A stretch of DNA of 64,000 nucleotides from Deltaproteobacteria bacterium (GTDB lineage: Bacteria; Desulfobacterota; Desulfobulbia; Desulfobulbales; Desulfurivibrionaceae): the NCBI GenBank assembly GCA_026388735.1, contig JAPLJG010000009.1, forward strand, positions 362-64,361, in the 5' to 3' direction. The notes beneath the pieces are model-generated. The model was given only the letters and a program-made list of their open reading frames with translations. It made no database searches and was not told the origin of the DNA. The translations under genes were made by a program, and so were the position numbers. Below, in pieces: positions 8,881-19,430 of the stretch (its first letter is position 1; each line of letters begins with the position of its first letter).

Positions 8881-9663
8881 ATGGTTGAGAATACGGTTTC
8901 TATTTTTGTCGCCCTGTTCGGGGCTCTGGTCGGCAGCTTTCTCAACGTGGTCATCGTCCGGCTGCCCGAGGAAGGCGGTTCCGTGGTTTTTCCTGCCTCC
9001 CATTGCCTGGCCTGCAAAAAGGATATTGCCTGGTACGACAACATCCCCCTGGTGAGTTTTCTCCTGTTGTGCGGCAGGTGTCGGCAGTGCGGGGCGCGGA
9101 TCTCCTGGCGCTATCCCCTGGTCGAGGCGGCCATGGCGCTTTTGTCCCTGGCCCTGTATCTCCACTTTGGCCTTACCCTGCTCTTGCCCATCTATTTTGT
9201 CTTCTGCGCGGCCCTCATTGCGGTGATCTTCATCGACCTTCAGCACCAGATCATTCCCGATGTGATCAGCCTGCCCGGCGTTGTCCTCGGGTTTACCCTC
9301 TCCTTTGTCAATCCCTTCGTCACCTGGCAGGACGCCGGGTTGGGGGTTCTCTTCGGAGGGGGGAGCTTTTATCTGGTTGCCCTGGTCTATTACCTGCTCA
9401 CCAAGCGGGAAGGCATGGGCGGCGGCGACATCAAGCTGCTGGCCATGATCGGCGCTTTCCTGGGCTGGCAGTCCCTACCCTTTGTGGTGTTCGGCAGTTC
9501 GGTGATGGGGGTGGTGGCAGGCGTCTGGGCTATGGTCGAACAGCGCAAGGGCGGTAAAACCGTCATTCCCTATGGGCCATTCTTGGCCATTGCGGCTCTG
9601 CTCTATCTTTTCTTTCGGCGGGAGATTCTTTTCTTCTTTGTCCGCTATGTGCTGCACGGTTGA
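8881..9663 (+). CDS. pilD: type IV prepilin leader peptidase / N-methyltransferase (A24 family)
   Basis: 260 aa. It has the Cys-rich N-terminal segment CLACKKDIAWYDNIPLVSFLLLCGRCRQCG and a GGGDIKL active-site region. Confidence 0.9.
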   Translation: MVENTVSIFVALFGALVGSFLNVVIVRLPEEGGSVVFPASHCLACKKDIAWYDNIPLVSFLLLCGRCRQCGARISWRYPLVEAAMALLSLALYLHFGLTLLLPIYFVFCAALIAVIFIDLQHQIIPDVISLPGVVLGFTLSFVNPFVTWQDAGLGVLFGGGSFYLVALVYYLLTKREGMGGGDIKLLAMIGAFLGWQSLPFVVFGSSVMGVVAGVWAMVEQRKGGKTVIPYGPFLAIAALLYLFFRREILFFFVRYVLHG

Positions 9664-9823
9664 TCCCGACTCGGCTCGTTACTTTTTCGTTTTGATTTTC
9701 CGAAGATATGGGCACGGCATGGAGAACGAATGAGAAAAGCCAAAGGGTGATATATCTGGCTGTTTCGTGTGAAAGTGCGTGGCCGGTTTGATGGTTGGGT
9801 GTGATGTCCTGGGCGATACTATT

Positions 9824-12073
9824 TTATTTGGTATCCAAAACAGCGCGGATAGCCGCCGCCAGATCGTGGCTGGAAACCGGTTTCATCAAAAAGGCGCGAA
9901 TTCCAAATTGTTTTGCCGTCTCTTCGTCCATTGTCTCACTGAAACCGGTGCACATGATTATCGGCAGGTCTTTTCGCACGGTTAATAATTTCTGTGAAAG
10001 CAGTGCGCCGGTCATTTTCGGCATGGTCATGTCCGTAATAACGAGATCGAAACGGTTCGGTTCGTTGCTGAACAGGCTGAGCGCCTCAGCCGGATCGTTG
10101 CAGGAAGTCACCTGATACCCCAAGGTTTCGAGGAAAATCTGTCCGAGTTGGGTGATCTGCGCTTCGTCATCCACCAGGAGCAGTTTTTCTGTCCCGGTTT
10201 GCAGCGGTTTTTCGAGGCTTTCTTTTTCTTGGGGTGTTTCCTTGCTGACCACAGGCAGGTAAATATTGAAGCGCGTTCCCTTGCCAGGTTCGCTGTAAAC
10301 GTTAATTTCCCCCCCGTAATTTTTTACAATCCCATGCACAACCGCAAGGCCCAGGCCTGTTCCCTTCCCTTTTTCCTTGGTAGTAAAATAGGGTTCAAAA
10401 ATCCTTTTCAAGCTTTCTGGGTCTATGCCCTCGCCGCTATCTTCGACAACCAGTTTGAGATAATGGCCTGGCTGTAAGCCAACCTTGGAGGCGATATCCG
10501 CCTGTGCCAGTATGACCGGGGTAAGAGAGACGCTGATGATGCCCGACTGGCTCGTTATGGCCTGATAGGCGTTGGTGCAGAGGTTCATGATGATCTGATG
10601 AATCTGGACCGGATCGGCAAGGACCGCCCCGCCCTCCGGGTTGATGTTCTGTTGTATTTCAATGCTTGAGGGGATAGAACTGCGCAGCAGCTGTAACGCT
10701 TCTTTGATGACCGGTTGCACCATCAGCGGCGCCAGTTTATGTTCGGAGCGTCTGCTGAAGGTGAGAATCTGTTTGACAAGTTCTTTGGCCCGGTTGGCTG
10801 CGGTAAGAATTTCCTGAATCTGTTTTGTTACCGTACTGTTGGCGATCCGCTCCAGAAGGATCAATTCGGAGTAGCCAATGATGGGGCTCAGTAAGTTGTT
10901 GAAATCATGGGCGATCCCACCTGCCAGGGTGCCGATGGCTTCCATCTTTTGCCCCTGCCGGAGTTGGGTCTCCAGCTTTTCCTTTTCTGTCTCAGCCTGC
11001 TGACGGTCTGAAATATCTCGGGCCAACCCCTGCATATAGCGCTTATTTCCCTCCTCCACGAGAACGATGCGCACCTCAACCGGAAAGGTTGTGCCGTCCT
11101 TGCGGAGGTGGGTTCCATAGAGGGTCTGTGGATGTCCCGGGACCAAGGTGTCCCAGACGGTCTCTTTGGGCGATTCCTTCAGGGTATCCGCATCGATATC
11201 AAAAACGCTCATGCGGAGGAGTTCTTCTCGGGTGTATCCAAGGGAATCGCAGGCCCGTTCATTGACCTCAATAAACCTGCCATCAGAGTCATGGAGAAAA
11301 AAGGCGTCGCCTGCCTGGTCAAGCAGGGTTCGAAAGCGATTTTTGCTTTCCTGCAGAGCAAAATCCCTTTTTTCGATCTGCACCAGCATGTTGTTAAAGT
11401 CATCCACCAGGCACCCAATTTCGTCCTGGGATGATTGGGCAGGCGCTCGGACAGTATAGTCGTTTCTTTCTGCGACATGCCGGGTCAGGGCAGCCAGTTC
11501 GGCAATGGGCTGGGAGATGTTTTTCAGTGCTCTGCGGGAGAGGAGAAAGGCCATAAACAGAGTGATGATGGTGATGAGGACGGCGATGCTGGATTGCTCA
11601 AGAAGCTTATGGTTATACTGCGCAAGGTTTGTTTGGATATACACCATGCCCAGCTGTTTGCCGTCGAGGTTGATGGGCTCATATAGTCCAAAGCCATCAG
11701 TATTGAAGGTGTAAGAATAGGTTAGCGAAATTTGTTGGGGCCAATGCTCATGGTGCCCTTGCTTGATATAGGATGCAAATAAAGAGCTATCTGTAAGAAA
11801 AATTCCGGCCTCGTCAACCTGGGGCAGCAGCGAGAGGACCGCGAGATTTTCTGCGGCAGTTTTCTTGTCGTCAAAGATTATGGCGGCGGTGCTTCGGCTG
11901 GCAATGACCTTGGCAATGGTTGAGGCATGTTCCACCAACGCCGCACGGGTGTCCCGCCGCTGGTTGGCCAGAAACGCGATGCCGGCCAGGAGCAAAGCCG
12001 ACAGGCAGGTAGCCACCACAATCAGCGGCAATTTTTTTCTGATGGAGAGATTTGTAAATACGTTTTTCTTCAT
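9824..12073 (-). CDS. hybrid sensor histidine kinase/response regulator (periplasmic CHASE8-like sensor, HAMP, PAS, HisKA, HATPase, REC)
   Basis: 749 aa. Two transmembrane segments flank a ~130-aa periplasmic domain (ASRSTAAIIFDDKKTAAENLAVLSLLPQVDEAGIF). It has the H-box GGIAHDFNNLLSPI, the G-boxes DSGEGI and GTGLGLAVV, and a C-terminal receiver (LLLVDDE...VITDMTMPKMTG). Confidence 0.9.
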   Translation of the reverse strand: MKKNVFTNLSIRKKLPLIVVATCLSALLLAGIAFLANQRRDTRAALVEHASTIAKVIASRSTAAIIFDDKKTAAENLAVLSLLPQVDEAGIFLTDSSLFASYIKQGHHEHWPQQISLTYSYTFNTDGFGLYEPINLDGKQLGMVYIQTNLAQYNHKLLEQSSIAVLITIITLFMAFLLSRRALKNISQPIAELAALTRHVAERNDYTVRAPAQSSQDEIGCLVDDFNNMLVQIEKRDFALQESKNRFRTLLDQAGDAFFLHDSDGRFIEVNERACDSLGYTREELLRMSVFDIDADTLKESPKETVWDTLVPGHPQTLYGTHLRKDGTTFPVEVRIVLVEEGNKRYMQGLARDISDRQQAETEKEKLETQLRQGQKMEAIGTLAGGIAHDFNNLLSPIIGYSELILLERIANSTVTKQIQEILTAANRAKELVKQILTFSRRSEHKLAPLMVQPVIKEALQLLRSSIPSSIEIQQNINPEGGAVLADPVQIHQIIMNLCTNAYQAITSQSGIISVSLTPVILAQADIASKVGLQPGHYLKLVVEDSGEGIDPESLKRIFEPYFTTKEKGKGTGLGLAVVHGIVKNYGGEINVYSEPGKGTRFNIYLPVVSKETPQEKESLEKPLQTGTEKLLLVDDEAQITQLGQIFLETLGYQVTSCNDPAEALSLFSNEPNRFDLVITDMTMPKMTGALLSQKLLTVRKDLPIIMCTGFSETMDEETAKQFGIRAFLMKPVSSHDLAAAIRAVLDTK

Positions 12074-12651
12074 TGGATAACGGTGGCAATTTCCAGAAGT
12101 TTTGCGCTTATGGTCAGGCCGGCCTTTCGGGCGGCCCGGAGATTGATCTCCAGGCGAATCTTGCCCTCTTTGACAACAAAGGCGATTATCCCGTCATGTT
12201 GGGCAAAGCCATCCAGGTCGCTGACCGTGAGGATAGGCATTTGGGCGGTCTTCCTGAGAAGTTCCGTTGCGACACCCTGTTCTGATGCTGAAATGAAAAG
12301 AATCTGGCAGCTTTTTTTCTCCAGGGCACGGATGTCTTCGATGTACTCAATCGTGATGGTTCTGTCCTGGGTTTTCATGTGGGTTATGGGCTCAAGGAGC
12401 GAGCCAAAGGGGTTCTTGCCTAAAACGCAGATATTGATGGTTTGCGTGTTGCCCGGAAGCGTGGTGTCCGGCCACGAAACAAATTTGGTGAAGTTATAGA
12501 GGTATACCGCCTTAACCTTGTATTCTGAGGTCTGGTCTTCGGCATAGGCCGTCGTCTTGCAGATCAAGAACAGACTCAGGAACAGCAAGATGGTGCTCCT
12601 GAGGAGAGTGTGGGAGATTTTCAGAAGGGCGGAGCGCATTTTTAGTTTCAT
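12070..12651 (-). CDS. YfiR-family (DUF4154) periplasmic protein
   Basis: Contains YKVKAVYLYNFTKFVSWP, ILTVSD and RLEINLRAARKAGLTISAKLLEIA, which are DUF4154/YfiR hallmarks, plus a signal peptide. The start is set at the internal ATG (MKLKMRS). The stop overlaps the kinase ATG (ATGA). Confidence 0.75.
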   Translation of the reverse strand: MKLKMRSALLKISHTLLRSTILLFLSLFLICKTTAYAEDQTSEYKVKAVYLYNFTKFVSWPDTTLPGNTQTINICVLGKNPFGSLLEPITHMKTQDRTITIEYIEDIRALEKKSCQILFISASEQGVATELLRKTAQMPILTVSDLDGFAQHDGIIAFVVKEGKIRLEINLRAARKAGLTISAKLLEIATVIQ

Positions 12652-12757
12652 GGGATCACCCAAGAAACTAGCGGCAGGAGGTCTGCTGCGGAAAGATTCG
12701 GGGTCGGGATGATATCTGGTGGTGTGTTGGCAATTGATTTCATGTCGGCAGTGGTTT

Positions 12758-14719
12758 TCAGAAGGTATATTTGGCGCCGACAAGGAAATTTATGCCATCT
12801 CCGCCCGGAATCTCTCGAGGATTGTACTCCCCGATGTTCGGGCTGAGGATCTCTTCGTCCAGGACATTGCGCAGGGTGGCGAAGAGGGTAAGTCGGTCAA
12901 GTTTGTACTGATAATCGAGATTGAGCTGGGCCAAAGAGGCGGATGCCGCTCTGTGGCTGATCGTTCGCATGGAGGCGCCGATGCTCTGTCTGGGGAGGAA
13001 ATTATAGCTCAATCCCAGGGCGGTTGTCATTTTCGGGGCATAGATGGCGGTGGTGTCGGTTTCGTCGGTGCTGTTGCCTTGGGCATGGTAAGCGAGATTG
13101 GCAAAGAGTGTCCATTGTCTGGCAAGGACTCCCTGGTAATCAAGCTCTGCCCCGTACCGGTCGAAATCCGAGGCGTTGTAGAAATGGATGGTGCCGGTGG
13201 AGCGGTCGCTGACGATGAAATTTTGCGCTTTGAGATAAAAAATATTGGCCACGAACAGGTTGTTGCCCTTGGAATAGGAATAGGCCAGGTCCACGGTTTT
13301 GATTTTTTCCGGGGTTAACCCGGTGTTTCCTTGCACCTCGGGCAAATTGTCGGCTTTGAGCTGGGTGAAGCTTGGGGTGTTAAAGCCCACAGAGTACAAG
13401 AGCTTGAGGGATTGTTCGTCATCGATCTTGTAAACCGCCCCAAGCCTCGGCACGGAGTCTGTGCCGGTGATGCTGTTGTCGGTGAATCTGCCACCGAGGA
13501 GAAAACGCCATTTTTCCCCGAGGGTATAGTCGATCTGGCTGTAAAATGACCACTCCGAAAGGCCGAATTCCGGCATGAGCACGGCTGTCGTTGCATCGGT
13601 TACGGCATTGTAGACCTGGTATGCTCCGGTATGGCGCTCTTCGTATTCCACCCCGGCAAAGATAGAGAGGGCTTTGCTCCAGTGGTAATTTGCCGAAGTG
13701 CCAGAACGCCAGCGGAAGTTTTGCTCCCCATCGTCGGCAAAGCGGTAACCGCCCGGAATGTTGCTGCCGAATCGATCGAGGACGGTGTATTTCAGATAGA
13801 AGTTGTTGTAGTCGGTAAACAGCTTCCAGTCGGTATTGCCGGTGGTGTCGCCGTAATCGGCATGGAGGAGATAGCCGGTATAATCGAGGGTGTTGACGTT
13901 GTTGATCTGCCGTGGGCTTCCCAGGCCATTGGCCGAGGATTGAAAGGCCTGGGCCAGCAGATTGGCTTTTTTGTAGCGGAGCTTGGCCAGGACAGAATCC
14001 ATTTCTTCGGCTTTATTGATCGTACCACCAGGGTAGCCTGGATATGCCGGGTAGCGGGCATCATAGCCATTGTCCGATTGGGACTCAAAGGCAAGAGAGA
14101 GGCCGGTATCTTCATTGAAGGTGTGGTTGATGATGCCGCCACCGTTGAGCTTGTCGTTGGAACCGTAGGAAGCGGAGAGGCGGCTGTTGTTGGTGTCTTT
14201 TTTCGTGACCACGTTAATAACCCCGGCAGTGGCGTTGGTCCCGTAAAATACGGCGCCGGGTCCGCGGATGACCTCGATGTGGCTGATCGATTCAATGGGA
14301 ATCCCAGAGAGGGGAATTTCCGAGTGGGAAGGCATGAAGTAGGGAACCCCGTCCACCAGGAAAAGTACCTTCTGGTTGAACCCTTCATAGACGCCCCGCA
14401 TCATGACAATGGTTTGTCCGACCAGGTGGTCCTGCAGCACAACGCCGGGGATAAAGGAGAGGGCGTCCTTTAGGGTTCGCAGTCCCATGGCGCTCAAGGT
14501 TTCCATGTCGTAGCGGGAGACAATGGCCGGGGTCTCGATGATAGATTCCGGCCCGGTCGAGGCGACCGTTACCTTGAGGTCGGCCAGATCTTTAAGCTCC
14601 ATCCCCAGCATCTGTTCCACGGAGTATTCATCTGCCAGTTTTGCTTGAGAAAGGGATGGGATTGTGAGCGCGCTGAGACAGATGACGATGGTCCAGGAGT
14701 TTTTTGTGAGTTGCAACAT
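12758..14719 (-). CDS. TonB-dependent outer-membrane receptor
   Basis: 653 aa with a signal peptide and plug-domain motifs (IEVIRGPGAVFYGTNATAGVINVVTK). The beta-barrel body ends in the terminal aromatic ...GAKYTF. Confidence 0.9.
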   Translation of the reverse strand: MLQLTKNSWTIVICLSALTIPSLSQAKLADEYSVEQMLGMELKDLADLKVTVASTGPESIIETPAIVSRYDMETLSAMGLRTLKDALSFIPGVVLQDHLVGQTIVMMRGVYEGFNQKVLFLVDGVPYFMPSHSEIPLSGIPIESISHIEVIRGPGAVFYGTNATAGVINVVTKKDTNNSRLSASYGSNDKLNGGGIINHTFNEDTGLSLAFESQSDNGYDARYPAYPGYPGGTINKAEEMDSVLAKLRYKKANLLAQAFQSSANGLGSPRQINNVNTLDYTGYLLHADYGDTTGNTDWKLFTDYNNFYLKYTVLDRFGSNIPGGYRFADDGEQNFRWRSGTSANYHWSKALSIFAGVEYEERHTGAYQVYNAVTDATTAVLMPEFGLSEWSFYSQIDYTLGEKWRFLLGGRFTDNSITGTDSVPRLGAVYKIDDEQSLKLLYSVGFNTPSFTQLKADNLPEVQGNTGLTPEKIKTVDLAYSYSKGNNLFVANIFYLKAQNFIVSDRSTGTIHFYNASDFDRYGAELDYQGVLARQWTLFANLAYHAQGNSTDETDTTAIYAPKMTTALGLSYNFLPRQSIGASMRTISHRAASASLAQLNLDYQYKLDRLTLFATLRNVLDEEILSPNIGEYNPREIPGGDGINFLVGAKYTF

Positions 14720-14952
14720 GTTTTCCCTCTAAGGCGTTTATGAGAAAAAGGAAAAATCACAACTTGTCTCCGTGGACAAGAGCAAATAAAAAACGGCACA
14801 TCATCATTGTTAAGGCTATCACACGAAGATAGAAAAAAACAAACGGATTTTGGCGTTGCCAGAACTACCGACAGGAAGGGTCAAGAAAGCCTGCCGACAA
14901 AGAACGGTGCGTCCAGGGAGTGAGGAGCTAACCCCCCGTCGGGGGGCTGGTT

Positions 14953-16833
14953 TTAAAGGAGGTTTTCTTTCTTGAGATATACCTGAAGGATGGAGATGGC
15001 CGCCGGGGTGATCCCGGAGATTCTCGCTGCTTGGCCTAGAGTTCGGGGCTGGATCTTGGTGAGCTTTTCCACCACCTCGCGGGAAAGGCCGGACATGCTC
15101 TGGTAGGGGAGATCCCCCGGCAGGAGCACTGACTCCATGCGGCGGAAGCGGTCCACCTGCTCGCTTTGTCGTTCGATGTAGCCCTGGTATTTGATGGCCA
15201 GCTCGACTTCACGCGTGACCTCTTCCTCGGGCCGCGGCAAGGTGATGCCAATAAGCTGAGCCACGGTGTCAAGATCCATTTCCGGCCTGCGCAAAAGGTC
15301 GGCGGCGCTCACCACGGTTTTGAGGGTGGCGCTGCCCATGGCCACCAGGCGGTCGTTTATTTCCTGCTTGGGCCGGATCGTGGTGGCGTTGAACAGGGCA
15401 ATGGTTTCTTCGATGGCCTGTCTTTTGGCAACAAACAATCTGTAGGTCTCGTCCGTCACCAACCCCAAGTCGCGGCCAATCTCCCCCAGCCGCAGGTCGG
15501 CATTGTCTTCCCGCAACAGCAGCCGGTATTCCGCCCTGGAGGTGAAGAGTCGGTACGGCTCCTTGGTGCCCTTGGTGACTAGATCGTCGATCAGCACCCC
15601 GGTGTAGGCCTGGGAGCGGTCCAGGATCAGCGGCTCCTCCTCGCGCACGTACTTGACTGCGTTGATCCCGGCGATCAGCCCTTGGGCTGCGGCCTCTTCG
15701 TAGCCGGAGGTGCCGTTGATCTGCCCGGCCAGGAACAGGCCTTTCAGCCGCTTTGTTTCAAGGGATGGGTGCAGCTCCAGCGGATCGACATAATCGTATT
15801 CAATGGCATAGCCGGGCCGGATGATGGCGACATTCTCCAGCCCCTTGATGCTGCGGAGCATGGCGGTCTGCACATCCATGGGCAGGCTGGTGGGCAGGCC
15901 GTTGGGGTAGATCTCCACCGTGTCCAGGCCTTCGGGTTCCAGAAAGACCTGGTGGCGCTCCTTTTCCGGAAAGCGCATCACCTTGTCTTCCACCGAGGGG
16001 CAATACCTGGCCCCAACCCCTTCGATGATCCCGGTGTACATGGGAGAGCGGTCGGTGCCCGCCCGGATGATGGCATGGGTGGTGGGGTTGGTGTAGGTGA
16101 CATGGCAGGGCCGCTGCGGCAGCACCGGCTGCTTGCCCCGGTTGCTGAAGGAAAAGAGGTTGGGCGGCTCGTCGCTGTATTGGGCTTCGAGGTCCGTGTA
16201 ATTGATGGTGGTGGAGTCCAGACGCGGGGTGGTTCCGGTCTTCATCCGCCCCATGGCAAAGCCCAGCTCTTTGAGGTGCAGGGGCAGTGAAAGCGAGGGC
16301 ACGTCGCCTAGGCGACCGGCGGGAAAATTTTTCAGGCCAATATGGATCAGGCCGTTTAAGAAGGTGCCGGTGACGATAACCACGGCTCGGGCGGTGATCT
16401 CTTCTTCAAGAGAAGTGACCACCCCGGCGATTGCCCCGTCTTTTATGAGCAACCGGTCGGCAATGCCTTGCCGGATATGGAGATTTGCCTGTTGCTCCAG
16501 CACCGACTTCATCCGCAGCCGGTAGAGGAGCCGGTCGGCCTGGGCCCGGGAAGACCAGACCGCCGGGCCTTTGCGCGTGTTGAGGCGGCGGAACTGGATG
16601 CCGGTGGCGTCGATGTTTTTTGCCATCTCCCCGCCGAGTGCGTCGATCTCCTTGACCAGATGCCCCTTGGCCAAGCCGCCGATGGCCGGGTTGCAGCTCA
16701 TGGCGCCGATGGTGTCCACGTTGACCACCAGCACTGCGGTGCGGCAGCCCATGCGGGCGGCGGCTAAAGCGGCTTCGCAGCCGGCATGGCCCGCGCCGAT
16801 CACGATGACGTCGTATTGAAATGAGGTTGGCAT
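14953..16833 (-). CDS. mnmG: tRNA uridine 5-carboxymethylaminomethyl modification enzyme MnmG (GidA)
   Basis: 626 aa. The N-terminus [23 protein letters not shown] is the FAD motif, and the sequence is GidA-like over its full length. Confidence 0.95.
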   Translation of the reverse strand: MPTSFQYDVIVIGAGHAGCEAALAAARMGCRTAVLVVNVDTIGAMSCNPAIGGLAKGHLVKEIDALGGEMAKNIDATGIQFRRLNTRKGPAVWSSRAQADRLLYRLRMKSVLEQQANLHIRQGIADRLLIKDGAIAGVVTSLEEEITARAVVIVTGTFLNGLIHIGLKNFPAGRLGDVPSLSLPLHLKELGFAMGRMKTGTTPRLDSTTINYTDLEAQYSDEPPNLFSFSNRGKQPVLPQRPCHVTYTNPTTHAIIRAGTDRSPMYTGIIEGVGARYCPSVEDKVMRFPEKERHQVFLEPEGLDTVEIYPNGLPTSLPMDVQTAMLRSIKGLENVAIIRPGYAIEYDYVDPLELHPSLETKRLKGLFLAGQINGTSGYEEAAAQGLIAGINAVKYVREEEPLILDRSQAYTGVLIDDLVTKGTKEPYRLFTSRAEYRLLLREDNADLRLGEIGRDLGLVTDETYRLFVAKRQAIEETIALFNATTIRPKQEINDRLVAMGSATLKTVVSAADLLRRPEMDLDTVAQLIGITLPRPEEEVTREVELAIKYQGYIERQSEQVDRFRRMESVLLPGDLPYQSMSGLSREVVEKLTKIQPRTLGQAARISGITPAAISILQVYLKKENLL

Positions 16834-16905
16834 GGTTATGAGTGGTTTGGGGTGTTCTCGTTTTTGCCACAGGAGCGGCCAGGTGCTGCCCCTGAAAAGT
16901 CTCGG

Positions 16906-16934
16906 ATTATAGCGGGGTTGACAGGAATATGCAA
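16906..16934 (-). promoter_or_regulatory. sigma-70-type promoter upstream of mnmG
   Basis: The minus strand reads TTGCAT, a 17-nt spacer, then TATAAT, about 70 nt upstream of the mnmG ATG. Confidence 0.5.
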
Positions 16935-16935
16935 A

Positions 16936-17751
16936 TCAACCGTCTGTGCGCCACCAGATGAGAGCCCAGCGGGGCGGGGTCTGCCTGGCTAACTGCCAGG
17001 AGCCATTGACGGTTTGGTTCAGGCGTGCGTCCACATAGGCAGCCAGCCGCTCTTCTTCCACGGCGGTAAGATCATCCACCATCCAGCGGTACGATTGCAG
17101 GGCTTCTTCCCGCGAGGTGTAAGTTCTTCTGCTGTCCAGGCTGATAAAATCCACCCGGGCTTGGATGCCAAGGGTGTAGAGGATGTTGAGCGTGAAGATA
17201 TAATCCGGGCCAGGCGCGAAATCGCGGCCAATGGCGGCAAAGAGATCCGGATCAAAAGGCCCGGCCCCGACCCGGTCCACCACATAGACGGCCTTGCTGG
17301 CCCAGGCGTTCAGCTTACGCAACGCCCCTTTCAGATCGTCCACAGACAGGGAGCGGGAGGCAATGGCCACCTCATGGCGGGGAATTTTCAATGCCTGCCA
17401 GTCATCGGTCCAGGAGGCCTGGACGGTGGTGATGTTCTGCAACCCTGCGATCTTGGCCCGCTTGTCCAACTCCCCAAGCATGGCGGCGGAATAGTCCAGG
17501 GCCGTTACCTGGCGTACCTGGCCGGCCAAGGGGATGGCCAGGGTACCGGGGCCGCAGCCTACATCGAGAACGGTCCAGTCCGGTTCGGTCTGGAGATGGG
17601 CCATGAATTGCGCGACAAAGGGCGAGTCGAGGTTGCGCTCGGCAAACCCGGCGGCCCGCTGATCCCAGTCGCTGCTTTTCTTCTTTTTCCAGGACTTGTG
17701 GGCTCTGGATTCGAGCCACATGGTGTCCCAGTCGATATCCTGATAGCGCAT
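16936..17751 (-). CDS. class I SAM-dependent methyltransferase
   Basis: 271 aa with SAM-binding motif I, VLDVGCGPGTLAIPLA. Confidence 0.8.
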   Translation of the reverse strand: MRYQDIDWDTMWLESRAHKSWKKKKSSDWDQRAAGFAERNLDSPFVAQFMAHLQTEPDWTVLDVGCGPGTLAIPLAGQVRQVTALDYSAAMLGELDKRAKIAGLQNITTVQASWTDDWQALKIPRHEVAIASRSLSVDDLKGALRKLNAWASKAVYVVDRVGAGPFDPDLFAAIGRDFAPGPDYIFTLNILYTLGIQARVDFISLDSRRTYTSREEALQSYRWMVDDLTAVEEERLAAYVDARLNQTVNGSWQLARQTPPRWALIWWRTDG

Positions 17752-17761
17752 CGCGAGTTTC

Positions 17762-18460
17762 TTAAGCCCGGCGGGTGAGCCGGTTGACGATGATGGTCAG
17801 ATCCTTGTCGTCGCTGCGCATCTTGCGGGCGTTGGTCGCGATCTCGTATTCCTTTTCCGCCAACCGGAGAAACTTGGGCAGGCTTTGACGGCGGGCATCG
17901 TGGGCCAGGTAGATGACGCCCTGGTCTGCCAGCAGTGAGCGGAAGATGTTCAAAAGCGGGGCGAAAAACTCTTCCCGAAAGAGGATTTCCGCGCCGATGA
18001 GGGTGTCGAAGCGCGGCAGGGTGGGCGGCTTCAGCCAGTCGAGCATCCGGCATTCCACCCCTTTGAGCGCGGTGGCCGCAGCGCTGACCCGTTGAAAATC
18101 AAGGATGTGGGGTTCGTAATCGGTCAGGGTCACCCGGTAGCCGGCAAGGGCGGCGGCAAGGCCTGGTGCGCCAAGGCCGGCGCCGAGTTCGAGCAGGGTT
18201 TGCCCCTCTTTGCTCGGCGGGGTGGTGAGCATGAGGTCCGCCAGGACCATGGCTGCTTCCCAGAGTTTTACCCAGAAGGGAAAGTCTTCCACGTTCTCGA
18301 AGGGATCTTTGCCGCCCAGGAGCGGCTCCAGGTCAGTGACTTGCAGCAACTGGATTTCCTTGCCGCGCAGGCGCAACGGCTCGAAGTCCACCTTGTATTT
18401 TTTTCGAATCTCCCGGAGCCGGGCATACTGTTTTTCAGGAAGCTGCGTAGGGTCCATCAT
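17762..18460 (-). CDS. SAM-dependent methyltransferase (Methyltransf_16 / protein-lysine MTase-like)
   Basis: 232 aa with LLELGAGLGAPGLAAALAGYRVTLTDY followed by LIGAEILF, the pattern of this family. Confidence 0.7.
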   Translation of the reverse strand: MMDPTQLPEKQYARLREIRKKYKVDFEPLRLRGKEIQLLQVTDLEPLLGGKDPFENVEDFPFWVKLWEAAMVLADLMLTTPPSKEGQTLLELGAGLGAPGLAAALAGYRVTLTDYEPHILDFQRVSAAATALKGVECRMLDWLKPPTLPRFDTLIGAEILFREEFFAPLLNIFRSLLADQGVIYLAHDARRQSLPKFLRLAEKEYEIATNARKMRSDDKDLTIIVNRLTRRA

Positions 18461-18493
18461 GGTCTCCAGGGCGGCGAAAAATGCCGGTGCGGT

Positions 18494-19306
18494 TCATCGT
18501 TGCAGAAAAAGGGCGATAAAGACCAGGGCCGCGAGCAGGAAGCGGTAGTAGGCGAAAATGGCAAAGCTCCTGGCCCGGATGTATTGCATGATGAAGGAAA
18601 TGAACAGGTAGCCGGAGATGGCGGCGGCAAGAAAACCGGAGACATAAAGGATGGTTTGTCCCTCCAGCATGCCGTTTTTGATGATTTTGGGTATTTCATG
18701 CACCCCTGCCCCGAAGATGATGGGGGCGGAAAGCAGAAAGGAGAAACGGATTGCCGCCTGGCGGGTGAGGCCCATGGCCAGGCCGCAGGTGATGGTGCTG
18801 CCGCTCCGTGACACGCCAGGGATGATGGCGCAGGCCTGGGAAAGGCCGATGAGCAGGGCGTCAATCAGGGTTATTTTTTCAAAATTGCGGGTGCGTTTTC
18901 CTGCGCGGTCGGCAAGGAGGAGAAGCAGCCCGGCCACGGCCAGCGCCGTCGCCACCATGGCCGGGTGGCGGAAATAGTCTTCTGCGGCTTTTCCCAGTAC
19001 GAGACCGGCCAAGGCTCCTGGGATGGTGGCAATGGTGATAAAAAGGGCCATCTTGCGCAACCGTTGTGTTTCCGAGGGCTCTGGGTGAAGGCCAAGGACG
19101 GCCTTGCCCATCTGCCAGAAATCATCCCGGAAATAGGCGAGGATTGCCAGCAGGGTGCCAAGATGCAGGGCCACGTCAAAGGCCAGATCGGATTCCTGGG
19201 TGCCGAGAAAATAATGGGTCAGCGCCAAGTGCGCGGAACTGGAGACGGGCAGGAATTCTGTAACTCCCTGGAGGATGCCGAATATGATTGCTTCAATGAG
19301 GTTCAT
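18494..19306 (-). CDS. uppP: undecaprenyl-diphosphate phosphatase
   Basis: 270 aa. It has N-terminal GILQGVTEFLPVSSSAHL and C-terminal PGVSRSGSTI, the BacA/UppP signatures. Confidence 0.92.
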   Translation of the reverse strand: MNLIEAIIFGILQGVTEFLPVSSSAHLALTHYFLGTQESDLAFDVALHLGTLLAILAYFRDDFWQMGKAVLGLHPEPSETQRLRKMALFITIATIPGALAGLVLGKAAEDYFRHPAMVATALAVAGLLLLLADRAGKRTRNFEKITLIDALLIGLSQACAIIPGVSRSGSTITCGLAMGLTRQAAIRFSFLLSAPIIFGAGVHEIPKIIKNGMLEGQTILYVSGFLAAAISGYLFISFIMQYIRARSFAIFAYYRFLLAALVFIALFLQR

Positions 19307-19376
19307 GGTCTGGCACTATACGAAAGGGTTGAGGAAAAGTAAATACTGATGGGGTGCGATGTGCCTCAATAAAAAA

Positions 19377-19399
19377 AGCCCGGCCAAAGGCCGGGCTTT
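19377..19399 (-). terminator. rho-independent terminator (bidirectional hairpin)
   Basis: GCCCGGCC-AAA-GGCCGGGC is a perfect 8-bp GC stem. It is followed by a T7 run on the minus strand and T4 on the plus strand, just downstream of the 77-aa gene. Confidence 0.75.
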
Positions 19400-19430
19400 T
19401 GCTGACCAAAACTTCGGTCTGGCAAGGGAA

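Noticed and set aside
14720-14952. Cobalamin riboswitch or Fur box upstream of the TonB-dependent receptor
   Set aside because: I could find no B12-box-like sequence. AATGATGAT is only a partial resemblance to a Fur box. The CCCCCC-GAC-GGGGGG hairpin next to the mnmG stop (around 14930-14947) lacks a T-tract, so I did not call it as a feature.
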